From: Pelagomonas calceolata | Taxonomy: Eukaryota | Direction of reading: 5' to 3' | Length of the DNA: 64,000 bases | Assembly: GCA_918797485.1 (NCBI GenBank) | Contig: CAKKNE010000003.1 | Location: forward strand, 1,674,001 to 1,738,000 | Part shown: positions 53,343 through 63,805 of the stretch, piece by piece | How positions within the stretch are numbered: the stretch's first letter is position 1 | Layout: the number at the start of each line of letters is the position of its first letter | Made by a program: the position numbers and the translations under genes | The notes under the pieces: model-generated | Databases searched by the model: none | Seen by the model: the letters and a program-made list of their open reading frames with translations, nothing else | Told to the model about the DNA's origin: nothing

Positions 53343-53559
53343 TTTTGCGTCGCGTGTAGCAGTCCTACGGGCGCGCGGCGGCTTGGCAGCACACTTTTGG
53401 GTCTTTTTGGGTCTTGGGCCTTTCAACCACTCTCGCGGGCTGTTGCGTTGTGTGCAAGTTTACTGCGCCCTGGTATAGCGGTGTCCACTTATTACGCAGT
53501 CCTTAGTAGAGCGTTGTTAGAGCTATGTTGACTTGTCCTGCTTTTTTTCATGCTGGCTC

Positions 53560-53581
53560 CTAGTGTCTTACAGGACGCTAG
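53560..53581 (-). promoter_or_regulatory. Upstream CTAG-bounded motif, copy 8
   Basis: + strand ctagtgtcttacaggacgctag, ~220 bp upstream of ATG 53342 (-). Confidence 0.6.
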
Positions 53582-53680
53582 GGGAGCGGGAGCGCCTAGG
53601 AGGGACCGCAAGGTACTTTCTCTCAGGGGGCGCGACGTAAGAAACCCGTACCCGTACCCGATAAACTAACATCATATAAC

Positions 53681-56110
53681 TTACGCAGACAGCTCTCTGA
53701 TGAGGCGCATGAGCTTCACGCGCGCCCCGACCGCCAGCCCGAGCTCCTTCAGGTCGTCCTCTTCTAAGGAGGAGAGCGTGTCGAGGTCGCAGATCTCCTC
53801 CTTCTTGAGGTCGGGAAGGATCCGGGCCAAACCGGCCGAGACGATGCGGGCCTCGAACTCCGACGCCGACGACCCGCCGCTGTGCACCGGCGGCGCGGGC
53901 GGCGGCGGCGGCATCGGCGGCGGCGCGGAGAAGAAGGACGAGGAGTACGTCGGCGGGACGCTCTCGGCCTTGGGCGGCGGCGCATAAGTCGGCTGCGCGT
54001 AGGCCGGCTGCGCGCGCTGCTCGCGCTCGTACGACTGGCGCGACGCCTCCAGCGCGCGCATGAGAGCCTCATCCTCGCCGGCCGCGTCGAGCGGCGACGG
54101 CCCCTGCACGTGCGGCGCGTAGTTCTCGGCGCGCGACGCCTCGAGCGCCCGCGCGAGGAGCTGGTCCTCCGACAGGCCGCCGCCGGTCCCGTAGTAGGCG
54201 CGCCGCTCGCGGCCCCGCTGGCGCGCGCGCGCCTCGGCCGCCGCGCCCGCGTCATCCCTCACTCCGACCACTCGACGCGAGCGGTCCAGCGTGACGAGCG
54301 TCGACTCCGCGTAGGCCCAGGCCCGCTGCTGCGAGTCCGCGTCGAGGCGCCGCTCGTTCTCGCGCAGCCGCCGCTTGAAGCGTGCGGCGAACTGGTTGAT
54401 CGGAAGGGGCCCGTCGGCGGCGAAGAGACCCGCCGCAACTCTAGCTGCGACCGCCTCGACCTCGTGCTGCGTGGCGCGGTGGCTGGCGTGCGTCGCGCCG
54501 GCCGTGGGCTCGGCCGCGCGCGCCGGCGGGTTCGGCCGCGCCGCCACCGCCGCCGCCACCGCCGCCGGCGCCGCGGCCGTCCGCGCCACGTCCAGCGCCG
54601 TGTCGCGGCCGTTCGGGGCGCGGCCGACGCGGAACGTCACGCGGTCGCCCGTCCGCAGGCCCGCGAGGCCCGCCCCGAGGCCGCTCTCGTGGACGAAGAG
54701 GTCCTCCTGGCCCGTCTCGCGGATGATGAAGCCGTGGCCGGCGCCGCGCGGCCCCTTCCACCACGCGACCGTGCCGGCCGCGCGCGAGCCCGGCGGCGCC
54801 CGCGGCGCCGGCGCCGGCGCCGACGCGCCCTCGCCGACGATCTCGATGTGGTTGTGCCCCCCCTGGTCCTCGACGAAGCGTAGCAAACCACCGCCGTGCG
54901 CCTTGATGTGCGCGGCCGTCCGCTTCGGCCGCGGCACAGAGGGGTGCGCCTCCCAGAAGAGGCTCAGGGCGCCGCCCTCGATGCGCGTTTTGCCCTGGCC
55001 GACGATGTAGGCATAGAGTGCGTCGACGAACGCGTCGCCCGACGCCCTCGCCGGCGCGGCCGCCGCCGCGGCCGCCGCCGCGGGGGCGACGTCGACGGCC
55101 GTGAAGTTCTTGAACCGGGCCGCCTTCGTGAGCGTGAACTCGACGCGGTCGCCGTCCCGGAGCGCGACGCCGCCGCGTACTTGCTTCCGCTCGAGGAAGG
55201 CCTCCTGGTTGCCCCGGCCGTCGGGCGCGTCCTTCTGCCGCTGCGCGCCGTCGACGCGAATCCAGCCCTTGTGACCGTCCCACTTGCGCACTCTCCCGAC
55301 GACGCGGCCCGGCGCCGGCGGCGCCACCGCCGCGTCGTCGTCGACGGAGGACTCGTCGTCGTCCTCGTCCTCGTCCTCGTCCTCGGACGTCTCCTCCGCC
55401 GCCGCCTCCTCGGGGGCCTTCGCGCAGGCCGCGATCATGCCCGCGAGGCCGCCGTCGTGCGACCGCTGGAGCGGCCGCTTCGGCTTCGTCGACGGCGCGG
55501 GCGCCGGCGCGCGCTCCGCGAGGATCCGCGCCGCGCGTCGCTCCTCGGCCCGCGCGCAGTCCTGCGAGCAGTAGCGCTCCGGGTCCCAGTCGCCCATGGA
55601 CGCGTCCCAGTCGTCGGCGCCGAGCACAAGCTCGCGGCAGCGCGTGCCGTCGTCCTTGACGCAGGCGCAGCGCTTCTTCCGCGCCGCCGGTTCCTCGTCG
55701 TCCTCCGCGTCCGCCGGCGCGCTCCAGACGATCTCGGCCTCGTCTTGGACCTCGGCCTCGGCGACGCCTCGGTAAGCGCTCACGAGGTTGTCGGCGACTG
55801 CCTCGGCCTCTGCGGCCTCCCGAAGAGTCCGCAGGCGCCGGCCCAACGCGTTCGCCCTGGGCTTGGCGTTCGGGCAGTTGCCCCGGTACATGAGCGGGCA
55901 GTCCTTGCCGCCGCCCTGCGTCTTCCACCGCAGCTTGTCCGGCACGGGCAGCCGGCAGAAGGGGCACTTGTGGCCCTTTCGCACCCCGAGCGTCCGCAGC
56001 TCGGCCTCGATCTGCGCGACCTCTTGCCCCGGCGTCCGCGAGATGTGGTCGGGCGCGCCCTGGCCCTTGAGGGCGACGACTGACGACCTCTGGCGGTCAT
56101 AGAGGGACAT
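53681..56110 (-). CDS. Protein with Cys-rich N-terminus, two cold-shock domains, two UIM-like motifs and C-terminal SAM domain
   Basis: GRVRKWDGHKGWI and GTVAWW...GHGFI...DLFVHES (CSD); EDQLLARALEASR and EDEALMRALEASR (UIM); LEEDDLKELGLAVGARVKL (SAM). Confidence 0.8.
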   Translation of the reverse strand: MSLYDRQRSSVVALKGQGAPDHISRTPGQEVAQIEAELRTLGVRKGHKCPFCRLPVPDKLRWKTQGGGKDCPLMYRGNCPNAKPRANALGRRLRTLREAAEAEAVADNLVSAYRGVAEAEVQDEAEIVWSAPADAEDDEEPAARKKRCACVKDDGTRCRELVLGADDWDASMGDWDPERYCSQDCARAEERRAARILAERAPAPAPSTKPKRPLQRSHDGGLAGMIAACAKAPEEAAAEETSEDEDEDEDDDESSVDDDAAVAPPAPGRVVGRVRKWDGHKGWIRVDGAQRQKDAPDGRGNQEAFLERKQVRGGVALRDGDRVEFTLTKAARFKNFTAVDVAPAAAAAAAAAPARASGDAFVDALYAYIVGQGKTRIEGGALSLFWEAHPSVPRPKRTAAHIKAHGGGLLRFVEDQGGHNHIEIVGEGASAPAPAPRAPPGSRAAGTVAWWKGPRGAGHGFIIRETGQEDLFVHESGLGAGLAGLRTGDRVTFRVGRAPNGRDTALDVARTAAAPAAVAAAVAARPNPPARAAEPTAGATHASHRATQHEVEAVAARVAAGLFAADGPLPINQFAARFKRRLRENERRLDADSQQRAWAYAESTLVTLDRSRRVVGVRDDAGAAAEARARQRGRERRAYYGTGGGLSEDQLLARALEASRAENYAPHVQGPSPLDAAGEDEALMRALEASRQSYEREQRAQPAYAQPTYAPPPKAESVPPTYSSSFFSAPPPMPPPPPAPPVHSGGSSASEFEARIVSAGLARILPDLKKEEICDLDTLSSLEEDDLKELGLAVGARVKLMRLIRELSA

Positions 56111-56694
56111 GTTCGTGTTTGGTCGGTCAGGCGCACGTGCGGTATTGCTCAGGCACGGCGCTGCGGCGGCGTCGCGGCGCCGCTATTGAGAGGCTGGGTC
56201 CTGTGCTAATATAGCCTTGCCAGTTCTCCCTGCTGCGGTGCAGCGAATGGCGCGCCGCTATTGCGCAAGGACGAACGAGCGTCCGGCGTGTCAGATGCGC
56301 ACTGGTCGCGTCGCGCGCGCGCTTGGCCGCAAGTCGCAGAGTCGACTCGTCGACCTGCGCCTGAGCCGCATCCTTCCCGCCCCGACGCCTCCGAGCGAAA
56401 GACACAGGAGTCAGTAGAAGAAGGCGTCTGTCGCAGACCAGACAGGGCGGAGAACCAAAAAAAAAAAAAAACACACCGCGGGCGGCCGCGGCCGTCAAGG
56501 ACCGAGGCAGTCCTAGCACCGTAACATCGACTAAACCGAGGCAGTGGCCGAGGCCACGAAAGAGAGACGCTAGATAGACCACAAAAAAGGTTAACGGGGG
56601 AGGGATCAGGGGGCGGAGGCGGGGGGAGGTTCCTAGCTACTAGTCGTTCGTTCGTCGTTCTTTCGCACGGCGTGCGGGTCACATTTTTCGAGAA

Positions 56695-58023
56695 TCAGGC
56701 GGCGGCGGCGGGCGCCGGCGATAGAACCGTCACGTCGACGGCCTTGACGCGGTCCTTGAACTTGGCCACCGCGTACTCGACGCGGTCGCCCTCCTCGATC
56801 GCGCCGTCCCGCAAGTCCGACGCGTGCACAAAGATGTCCGAGGCGCCGCCCTCGTCGGGCTTGATGAAGCCGTGCCTTTTTTTAAGGATGTACCAGAGGC
56901 AGACGCCCGTCTTGCGCTTTTGTGAAATGCCCTGGTCTTTTTTTTCGCCATCACCTGAATTAGTGGGAGCGGGCCGCGGCGGCGACGGCGGCGGCGCTGG
57001 CCTCTTGGTGACCAAGGGCGCGGGCGCGACGACGGGCGGAGTCACCAGAGACGACGGCACCGCGGAGGCGCCCCAGGCCGCCGGCGCCGCGGGCCGCGCC
57101 GCGCCGCCGAGCGAGGGAAAGTCCGTAGGATCAAACACGGGCACCTCCTCCTCCTGCGTCCCATCACTGGCATCCTCCTCCGGAGTCGTGGAGACGATCT
57201 GCGAGATGGGCACGACGTCGATCGCCTTGTTCCGGTCCTTGAACTGGGCCACGGCGTACTCCACCCTATCACCCTCCTCGATACTCACACCATCTCTCAA
57301 GTCGGAAGCATGAACAAAAATGTCGCCGCCCTCGTCCTGTCGAATAAAACCCATTTTTTTGCTGGGCTCGAACCAGGCGCAGACGCCGCACTTGCGGCCG
57401 TCCTTGGGTTTATGGGGAGGCGGCGGCGGCTTCGGCGGCTCGCTCACGGCCGGCGCCGCTTGGGCCGCCGCGAGGGCGGCGGGCGGCTCTTGGCCTAGGG
57501 TCTGCGCCGTCACGGGCGCGGCGGGCGTCACCCACTGCTGCGCCGGTTCTTTGATCCCCGTCGCCACCCCCAGAGACGGGAAGTCCGCGGCCGAGAAGGC
57601 CGGCGTCTCCGCGGGCGCCGCGCGCGGCGACGCGTCGCCGTTCTCGTCGGCCGCCGCCGCGTCGCCGTTGTCGCCGTCGCGCCGGCCGCCGCGCCGCCCG
57701 CGCGCGGAACCGCGCCGCCGCCGCCGCGTCCGCTGCGGCGCATCGCCGGCCGGCGGGAGGAGCGTCGGGGCGTAGCCCGGGTACATGACCGGCGGGCCCC
57801 CGTAGTAGCCGTAGTTCGCGGCGTACATCGGTACTCCACCGGCGTAGTAGGGATTGGGCATGTTCGGGTCGGCCGCGTAGTAGAACTGCTGCTGCTGCGC
57901 CGCGAGCGCGGCCGCCTGCTGCTGCTGCATCACGGCTTGCTGTTCCGCCGTCAGAGCGGGGGGCGCCTCGGGCGCGGGCGGCGGCGGCGGCGCCTCGACG
58001 GCGGCGGGGGCCGTGTCTGCCAT
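56695..58023 (-). CDS. Tandem cold-shock-domain RNA-binding protein
   Basis: Two near-identical CSDs (GVC.W....GFI..DEGG.DIFVHASDL...IEEGDRVEY), each preceded by a DFPSLG motif. Confidence 0.85.
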   Translation of the reverse strand: MADTAPAAVEAPPPPPAPEAPPALTAEQQAVMQQQQAAALAAQQQQFYYAADPNMPNPYYAGGVPMYAANYGYYGGPPVMYPGYAPTLLPPAGDAPQRTRRRRRGSARGRRGGRRDGDNGDAAAADENGDASPRAAPAETPAFSAADFPSLGVATGIKEPAQQWVTPAAPVTAQTLGQEPPAALAAAQAAPAVSEPPKPPPPPHKPKDGRKCGVCAWFEPSKKMGFIRQDEGGDIFVHASDLRDGVSIEEGDRVEYAVAQFKDRNKAIDVVPISQIVSTTPEEDASDGTQEEEVPVFDPTDFPSLGGAARPAAPAAWGASAVPSSLVTPPVVAPAPLVTKRPAPPPSPPRPAPTNSGDGEKKDQGISQKRKTGVCLWYILKKRHGFIKPDEGGASDIFVHASDLRDGAIEEGDRVEYAVAKFKDRVKAVDVTVLSPAPAAAA

Positions 58024-59067
58024 GCTGCTGCTTGCGTTTGTTCAGTGAGCTCTGCTGCTGCTTGCTTGTGTTCAATGAGCTCAAGAGCGGGGCGCGCGCG
58101 GTATCTGGCTCCAATAACTGCCTAACGGGCCCGCTCGCCGCGTTTTTTTTGTCTCAGAACGCTGTAACGTCTCGTGCGGCGCGCGCACGACGTATCAAGC
58201 GCGTGGCTGGGGCAGCGTCGTCCGTTTGGAGGGGCAGCGACGACCAAAACCCAAAACTGCGACAAAAGCACGGGGCGATGCGTCCGTTGAGGGGAAATGG
58301 CGGGTGCGGTTGTTTGAGTATCCTTCAGTTCGCTAATGGTCCAAAGAGATCAATGGGACACTTACTGGGGGGCGAAAAAATAATTTTTTAATTTCGCGAT
58401 ATGGACGGTCCCGCCATGACGGCCGCGTCGGTGGAATCCTGTCGGTTCGTGGCCCGGAGGTCTCCCGGGGGTCGTTTTTGGTCGGTAGCAGACGTGCGCA
58501 AGCGCCTATGCCGCCTACGCCGCCGCTTCTAGAGTAAGATACATCTCCCATGGTCCTTGGCGCTATACCTCTATTGGCCATGATCTGCCAAAGATTTCGA
58601 TCCAGAGCTCTCTGGAGAGCCCCAAACGCTGATTATGCGGTATCGGCGACTACCTGACATCAGACCTATCCCGGAGGGAGTCCGCGAGCCGATCTACATA
58701 CGAAAAAAGTAAATAATTCGGGCCCGATCGCGCCCCGTTCCCGTCAAAAACGTCAATTACCCGAGGGCCCCCAGTAGTCGCCGTAGCGGTCTCGCTGGGT
58801 CCCATACTACCCCACCGATAGTCAATTACAAGTATATGACATCTACACTACGAGAAGGGTACTTTTGGCTGCCCACGCTCGGGACGTGAACATCTTGATC
58901 TGGACCTCGCGCAAGTCGGTCGATCATGGAACAAATGATCGCTTCATGGTCCATGGTAATGGTACACGGGCTGATGCTCTCAGGTCCAAGTAATTCGCCA
59001 AAATTAAGGAGATCGTGGGCTCTCGGGATGGCCGAGCCGCGCGGAGCATCGTGCGTACGAGCGCCTC

Positions 59068-59457
59068 ATGCGCGAGCGGTGGGGGATTCACCACGAGGGG
59101 GAGTGCCACTGGTTCGCGAACCTGGCACGCCTCGTGGGCGTGCCGCTCGAGGCGCTTCGCTTCGACCCGACGAAGCGCCGCGCATATGCCGTGGGCGCCG
59201 CGCTCGGCGCCGCGCACGACGTCCTCGTGACGCGTTTCGAGGACATGCGAGACCTCCCGGAGATCGTCCGCGACGTCGTGCCCGAGTTTGCTCCGGACTT
59301 TCAGCGGGTGAGCGTCCACGAGGGGTCGCATGCTCCGGCGGCCGTGGAGGCCCGGAAGTTCCGCGCGCGCGCGGCGAGGCTCGTCGCGGCGAACTACACC
59401 CACCGCTTCGCCGCGTGCGACACGAGCCGCTTCTACCCGAACGCCACCCGCAACTAG
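59068..59457 (+). other. Coding-like 3' gene fragment whose 5' part is unclear (possible pseudogene)
   Basis: GC3-rich ORF with in-frame TAA at 59005 upstream; the preceding ~600 bp lack a clean ORF. Confidence 0.35.
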
Positions 59458-59559
59458 GTACCTTCGGGTATCGGCAGAACCTCCGAGTCGGCGGCGCCCC
59501 AGAACACACGCGGCAAAAACAAAACCCGGGAATGATAAGAAAAAATCACAAAACTACTG

Positions 59560-62500
59560 TTAAACCAGCGCCGCAAGCGCGTTGCGAGTCGCCGCGTCCA
59601 CGACGGCTGCCTCGTCGACGGCCTTCTGCGCCGCCGCCCGCGCGGCGGCCATGTCGTTTCCGTACCGCCGCGCGACGCGTGCGGAACGGTCGCCCGAGAG
59701 GACGGCCACGGCCCAGCCCGGCGGCGGCCGCGCCGCCGCGACCTGGGCGAGCGCCGCCTGGAGCCCCCGCCGCGCGGCGGCGTCGGGCAGGAGCGCCCAG
59801 GCCGTCGCGTGCGCCGGCCGCGCCTCCGCGACGTCGAGATAGAGGGGCAGGCCGCCCATGGCCGCCATCGCGAGCTGCTGGTCCTGGCAGCGCGCGTAGA
59901 CGCGGAACGCTGCCGCCACCTGTGGAAATCAACCAGTGAGTTCCACACATATGCGTCGATGGCGTGGGGCGCCCGAAGTTTGATTTCCACACAGGCTGCG
60001 ACAGCGTTCTCGAAGGCCATGTCGGACGCGCCGCACTCGCCGTCGCGCGGGTACTGGGCCAGGGCCGCCACGAGCGCCCGCGGGGCGTCCGGCACGGCCG
60101 CGCCCGCGTCGGCGAGGACCCCGAGGCCCCAGGTGCCCGCCTGGCGCAGAGCTGCGTGGGGCGACGTGGAAGCCGCGACCTGTGTGGAAATCAAATGTCG
60201 CGGCGCATCTCCTCCCATGGCCCAATCATGACCTCCACGCAATCGACGCGACGCCTGCTCGACGGCGTGGCGGTGTCGATTCCTCACCGCTCGACGGAGC
60301 CAGCACGGCCGCTTCATCGTCGAGAAATGACTTCATGAAGAATTATCGTGTGCACGCGACACACTGGTTGATTTCCACACAGGCAGCAACGCAGGCCCGC
60401 GCGAGCGGCTCGGACAGCGCCCCCTGGCCGCCCTTGACCGCCTCGGCCGCGAGGCAGATGGCCCAGGCCCGGAGCTCGCGGTGCAGGGCGTCCTCGTCCG
60501 CCGCCGGGCCTAGATGGGGCCCCGCCACGCCGACGATGCAGGCCGCGACGTCGGCGGCGGCCGGCGCGCGCGCGAGCGCGGCCGCGAGCCCCGCCGCGCA
60601 GCACTCCAGCAGGTCGCGCTCCGCCTGCGTCGCCGAGCCCACCTCGTCGTCCTCCTCGTCGTCGTCGCTCTCCCCCGCCAGGTCCCGCCGCTCGCGCCGC
60701 CGCGCGCACGACGCGCGGGCCGCGCTCGCGAGGGCCCGGGCCGCCGTCGCCGCGAAGTCGGCCGCGCGCGTCGCCTTGAGCGCGTCGCGCAGCGCCTCGC
60801 AGACCAACGACAGCGCCTCGACGGCCCGCAGGGCGCCGGCGCGCGACGCGTCGGCGCCGGCGTCGCTCGCGTCGGCGTCCGCGTCGTAGCTGACGAGCTC
60901 GGCGCCGCCGCAGCGGTCGTTCAGGGACGCGACCTGCCCGCAGAGACACGGCGCCGCGGTCGCCGCGACGTCCGCTACGGCCGCGAGGCACGACAGCGCG
61001 CCGGCCGCCACCGACACCAGGGTCGGCGCGAACCGGACCCACTCGAGCTCGAGCGCGCGGCAGATGCGCGCCGCCACCGCCGGCGCGTCGAGCCCCGCGG
61101 CGTTGCGGCGCCGCTTCACGATCTCGTACACCGCTCAGAACGCGACCTCGTGCGTCTGGAGCCGGCCGGCGTCGACCACCACGTACTTGACGGCCTCCTT
61201 CGTGCTCACGCAGGTCACGACCTCAAAGTCGGCCTGGTCCTGCGCGCGGCTCCGCGCCGCGCGCAGCGTCGAGAAGACGTCGCACGCGACGCCCCTCGTG
61301 CAATCCGCGAGCGCCGCGTCGACGGCGCGCGCCGCGAGCGCCACGCGCGTCGCGTCGTCGTCGGAGCTCAGCGCCGCGTCGCAGTACCGCGCCGCGGCCG
61401 CGAGGACGCGCCGCTGCAAGGCGCGGTGCGCCGCGCCGTCGTCGCGTTCTATGAGCAAAGACGCGCAGACGCCGCCCCCGAGCTCCACCGCGCCTTTCAC
61501 ATTCTCGTTCGCCACGGCGCACGCTTTGGAGGACAGCGCGTGGGCCTCGACGAGGCGGCCGACGAGGTTCGACAGCACGGGCGCCGCCTCGGGGTCCAGG
61601 GGCCGCGGCACGTCGAGGGTCCGCAGGGCCGCGCCCAGCGCCTCGCAGATGTTGGAGGGACTGCGCACGACCGCCGCGAGCCGCCCGAGCGCCAGCGCGC
61701 ACCGCGCGCCGCACGCCAGTTTTGAGTCGTCGGCGGGCGGCAAGCACGCCGCGAGCAGCGCCGACGCCGCGGTCGTGAGGGGCGCCTCCAGTTCTACAGG
61801 GGGCGCGCCGACGCGCGGCTCGCAGCACCGCGCCAGTAATAGAGCCGCCTCCGTCGCGACGCGGACGTTCTGATGAGCGTCGAGCGCGGCGCCGCAGGCC
61901 GGGAAGACGCGGCCACCGAAGCTCTGGGCGAAGCTCCGGCCCTGCACCGGGCCGAGCAGCCGGTCATTATCGTCGTCGAGGCCCGCCCAGTAGTCGTCGT
62001 CATCAAGCGGCGCGGCGCCGGGCTGCGCCGCCAAGCACAAGCGCGACAAGCACCGGAACGCGCGGTCCCGCGCCACCGCATCAACGTCCTGGGCCGCCAC
62101 CGTGGCGAGCACCCCGCAGATGCGCCGTCCCACGTCGTCTAGGACGTCGTCGGAACTCGCGTCCCGCGCGAGCACTTCCACCACCAGACACGCGGCCCGC
62201 TTCTCTTCGACGGGCTTGTCCGTCAGGGCGGCGACGGCGCCCGTCACCGCCGAACCTAATAACCGAGCGCTCCCGACGACGTTCGCCGCTCTAGCTAGAG
62301 TCGCCGCCGCCGCCGCCGCGAGCGGCGCGTACGCCTCCAAATCGGCGCACGCGTCGTCGTCGTCGTCGTCCGCATCGTCGTCGTCCGCCCTCGTCGCTTG
62401 CCGCGTCGCCCACGCGTCCTCGTCGATGTCCCGAAAGCCCTTCGCCGCCGCGCGGGCCGCCAGCGGCGCGACGGCCTCCGCGAGCGTGTACGAAAAGTCG

Positions 62501-63402
62501 CGGCGCCAGTAGGCCGCCGCTTCTAGAAGTGAGGCCAGCACCTCGAGCGCCGTCGACCGGACGTCGTCTCCCATAGTTTCGCTCGAGACGCACTGGCCGC
62601 ACGCGTCGGCGAGCGCCTCCGCGGCGCCGGGGACCTCGAAGAGCGCCCGCGCCTTCGCGGGTAGAAAGGACGTCCACGACACGAGGGGCTCGTCGAACAA
62701 TAGGGCGGCGCTCGTCAGGATCTCGGACGCGGGCCCGTCGCCGCCGGCGAGCGCCGCCGCCGTCAGGATCGCGGCCACGGCCGGCACGAGGCGCTTCGCG
62801 ACGTGCTGGCGCGCCGGTTCACTTTCGACCTCGCCCGTCAAGGCCAGCGCCGCGCGGCACGCGGCGACGGCCGAACTCGGGGACGCGAGGCCCGCCTCGA
62901 TGCACGTGGAGGCGCGCGGGAACCGCTCACCTAATACTCTCGGAGACGCCTCCTGGGTCGCCCTCTCTAAAATGCGCAGCGCCGCGGCGTGGCCCGGCGC
63001 TGCGATGCATCGTTCGAGGATCAGCGTGTTCGCGTCCTCGTCCGCGTCGTCCAACCCGAGGCCCTGCTGGACGAGGGCGGCGCAGTTTTCGACGGCGGCC
63101 TTGGACGACGGGCCCGTCGTCCCGAATGCTTGCGCGAGCATCGCTTCGGCCGCGCCGCGTCTGATATCGACGGCGACGCCGGGCCAGCGCGTCGCGACGA
63201 CGCGCCGCAGGAGCGTGAAGGCCAGCAGGCGCGCGCCGCCCGCACTGACGTCGCAGCAGAGCCCGAGGAGGCCCGCGGCGCAGGCGTCGGGGTCCTGCTC
63301 GAGCCAGTCTTCGTATTTTACTTCTGCCACTCGTCTCACGTCGTTTTCTGGGGAGAGCATTTCTTGCAATAGTTGCAGCGGCGAGGCTGGGGCGCGGGCC
63401 AT
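59560..63402 (-). CDS. Importin-beta family (importin-5/4-like) HEAT-repeat protein; introns 60180-60390 and 59920-60002; in-frame TGA at 61135-61137
   Basis: LLQEMLSPENDVRRVAEVKY start, acidic loop, ALRQAGTWGLGVLA, AFENAVAA and LPLYLDVAEA. The ORFs join in frame after removing two introners and reading through one TGA. Confidence 0.7.
59920..59994 (-). mobile_element. Introner-like TIR element IE8
   Basis: CTGTGGAAATCAACCAGTG...TTTGATTTCCACACAG; TSD gccgccac/gctgcgac. Confidence 0.88.
60180..60382 (+). mobile_element. Introner-like TIR element IE9 (longest, 203 bp; antisense to host gene)
   Basis: Perfect 15-bp TIR CTGTGTGGAAATCAA/TTGATTTCCACACAG; TSD gccgcgac/gcagcaac. Confidence 0.92.
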
Positions 63403-63691
63403 GGCTGCGCGTACAGGCGCACTGCTGGCTGTGTGTGGGAGTGCAATGGCAGCCTGCAGGGGCAGGACTTGCAGCAGCGATCACGCGCTTGCAAAACTAG
63501 GATTAAGCGATGTATTTTGCAAGTCTTAGGGGCTGGTTTGGAGCAACTCTCGATCAGCACGGAGCCCTTTTTGCGTCAGGTGAGCAGAGCAGCCCTCTCC
63601 GAAACTAAAGACGAGAGCGGCATCGTACGCCTGAAAGAGGGTCATGACGGGTTGTCGCGTGTACGGACTCGTACAGCTCGGGTACGAGGCG

Positions 63692-63713
63692 CTAGCGGCC
63701 TGTAAGACACTAG
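63692..63713 (+). promoter_or_regulatory. Upstream CTAG-bounded motif, copy 9
   Basis: ctagcggcctgtaagacactag, ~92 bp upstream of ATG 63806. Confidence 0.6.
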
Positions 63714-63805
63714 GGTGCCCAGCAAGCCGCAGAGCAAGCCAGAGCAATCGAGCCAAAGCGCTTGTGATTACTCATTGCTCTGATTACGTGTCTCCAGCGA
63801 TCACC

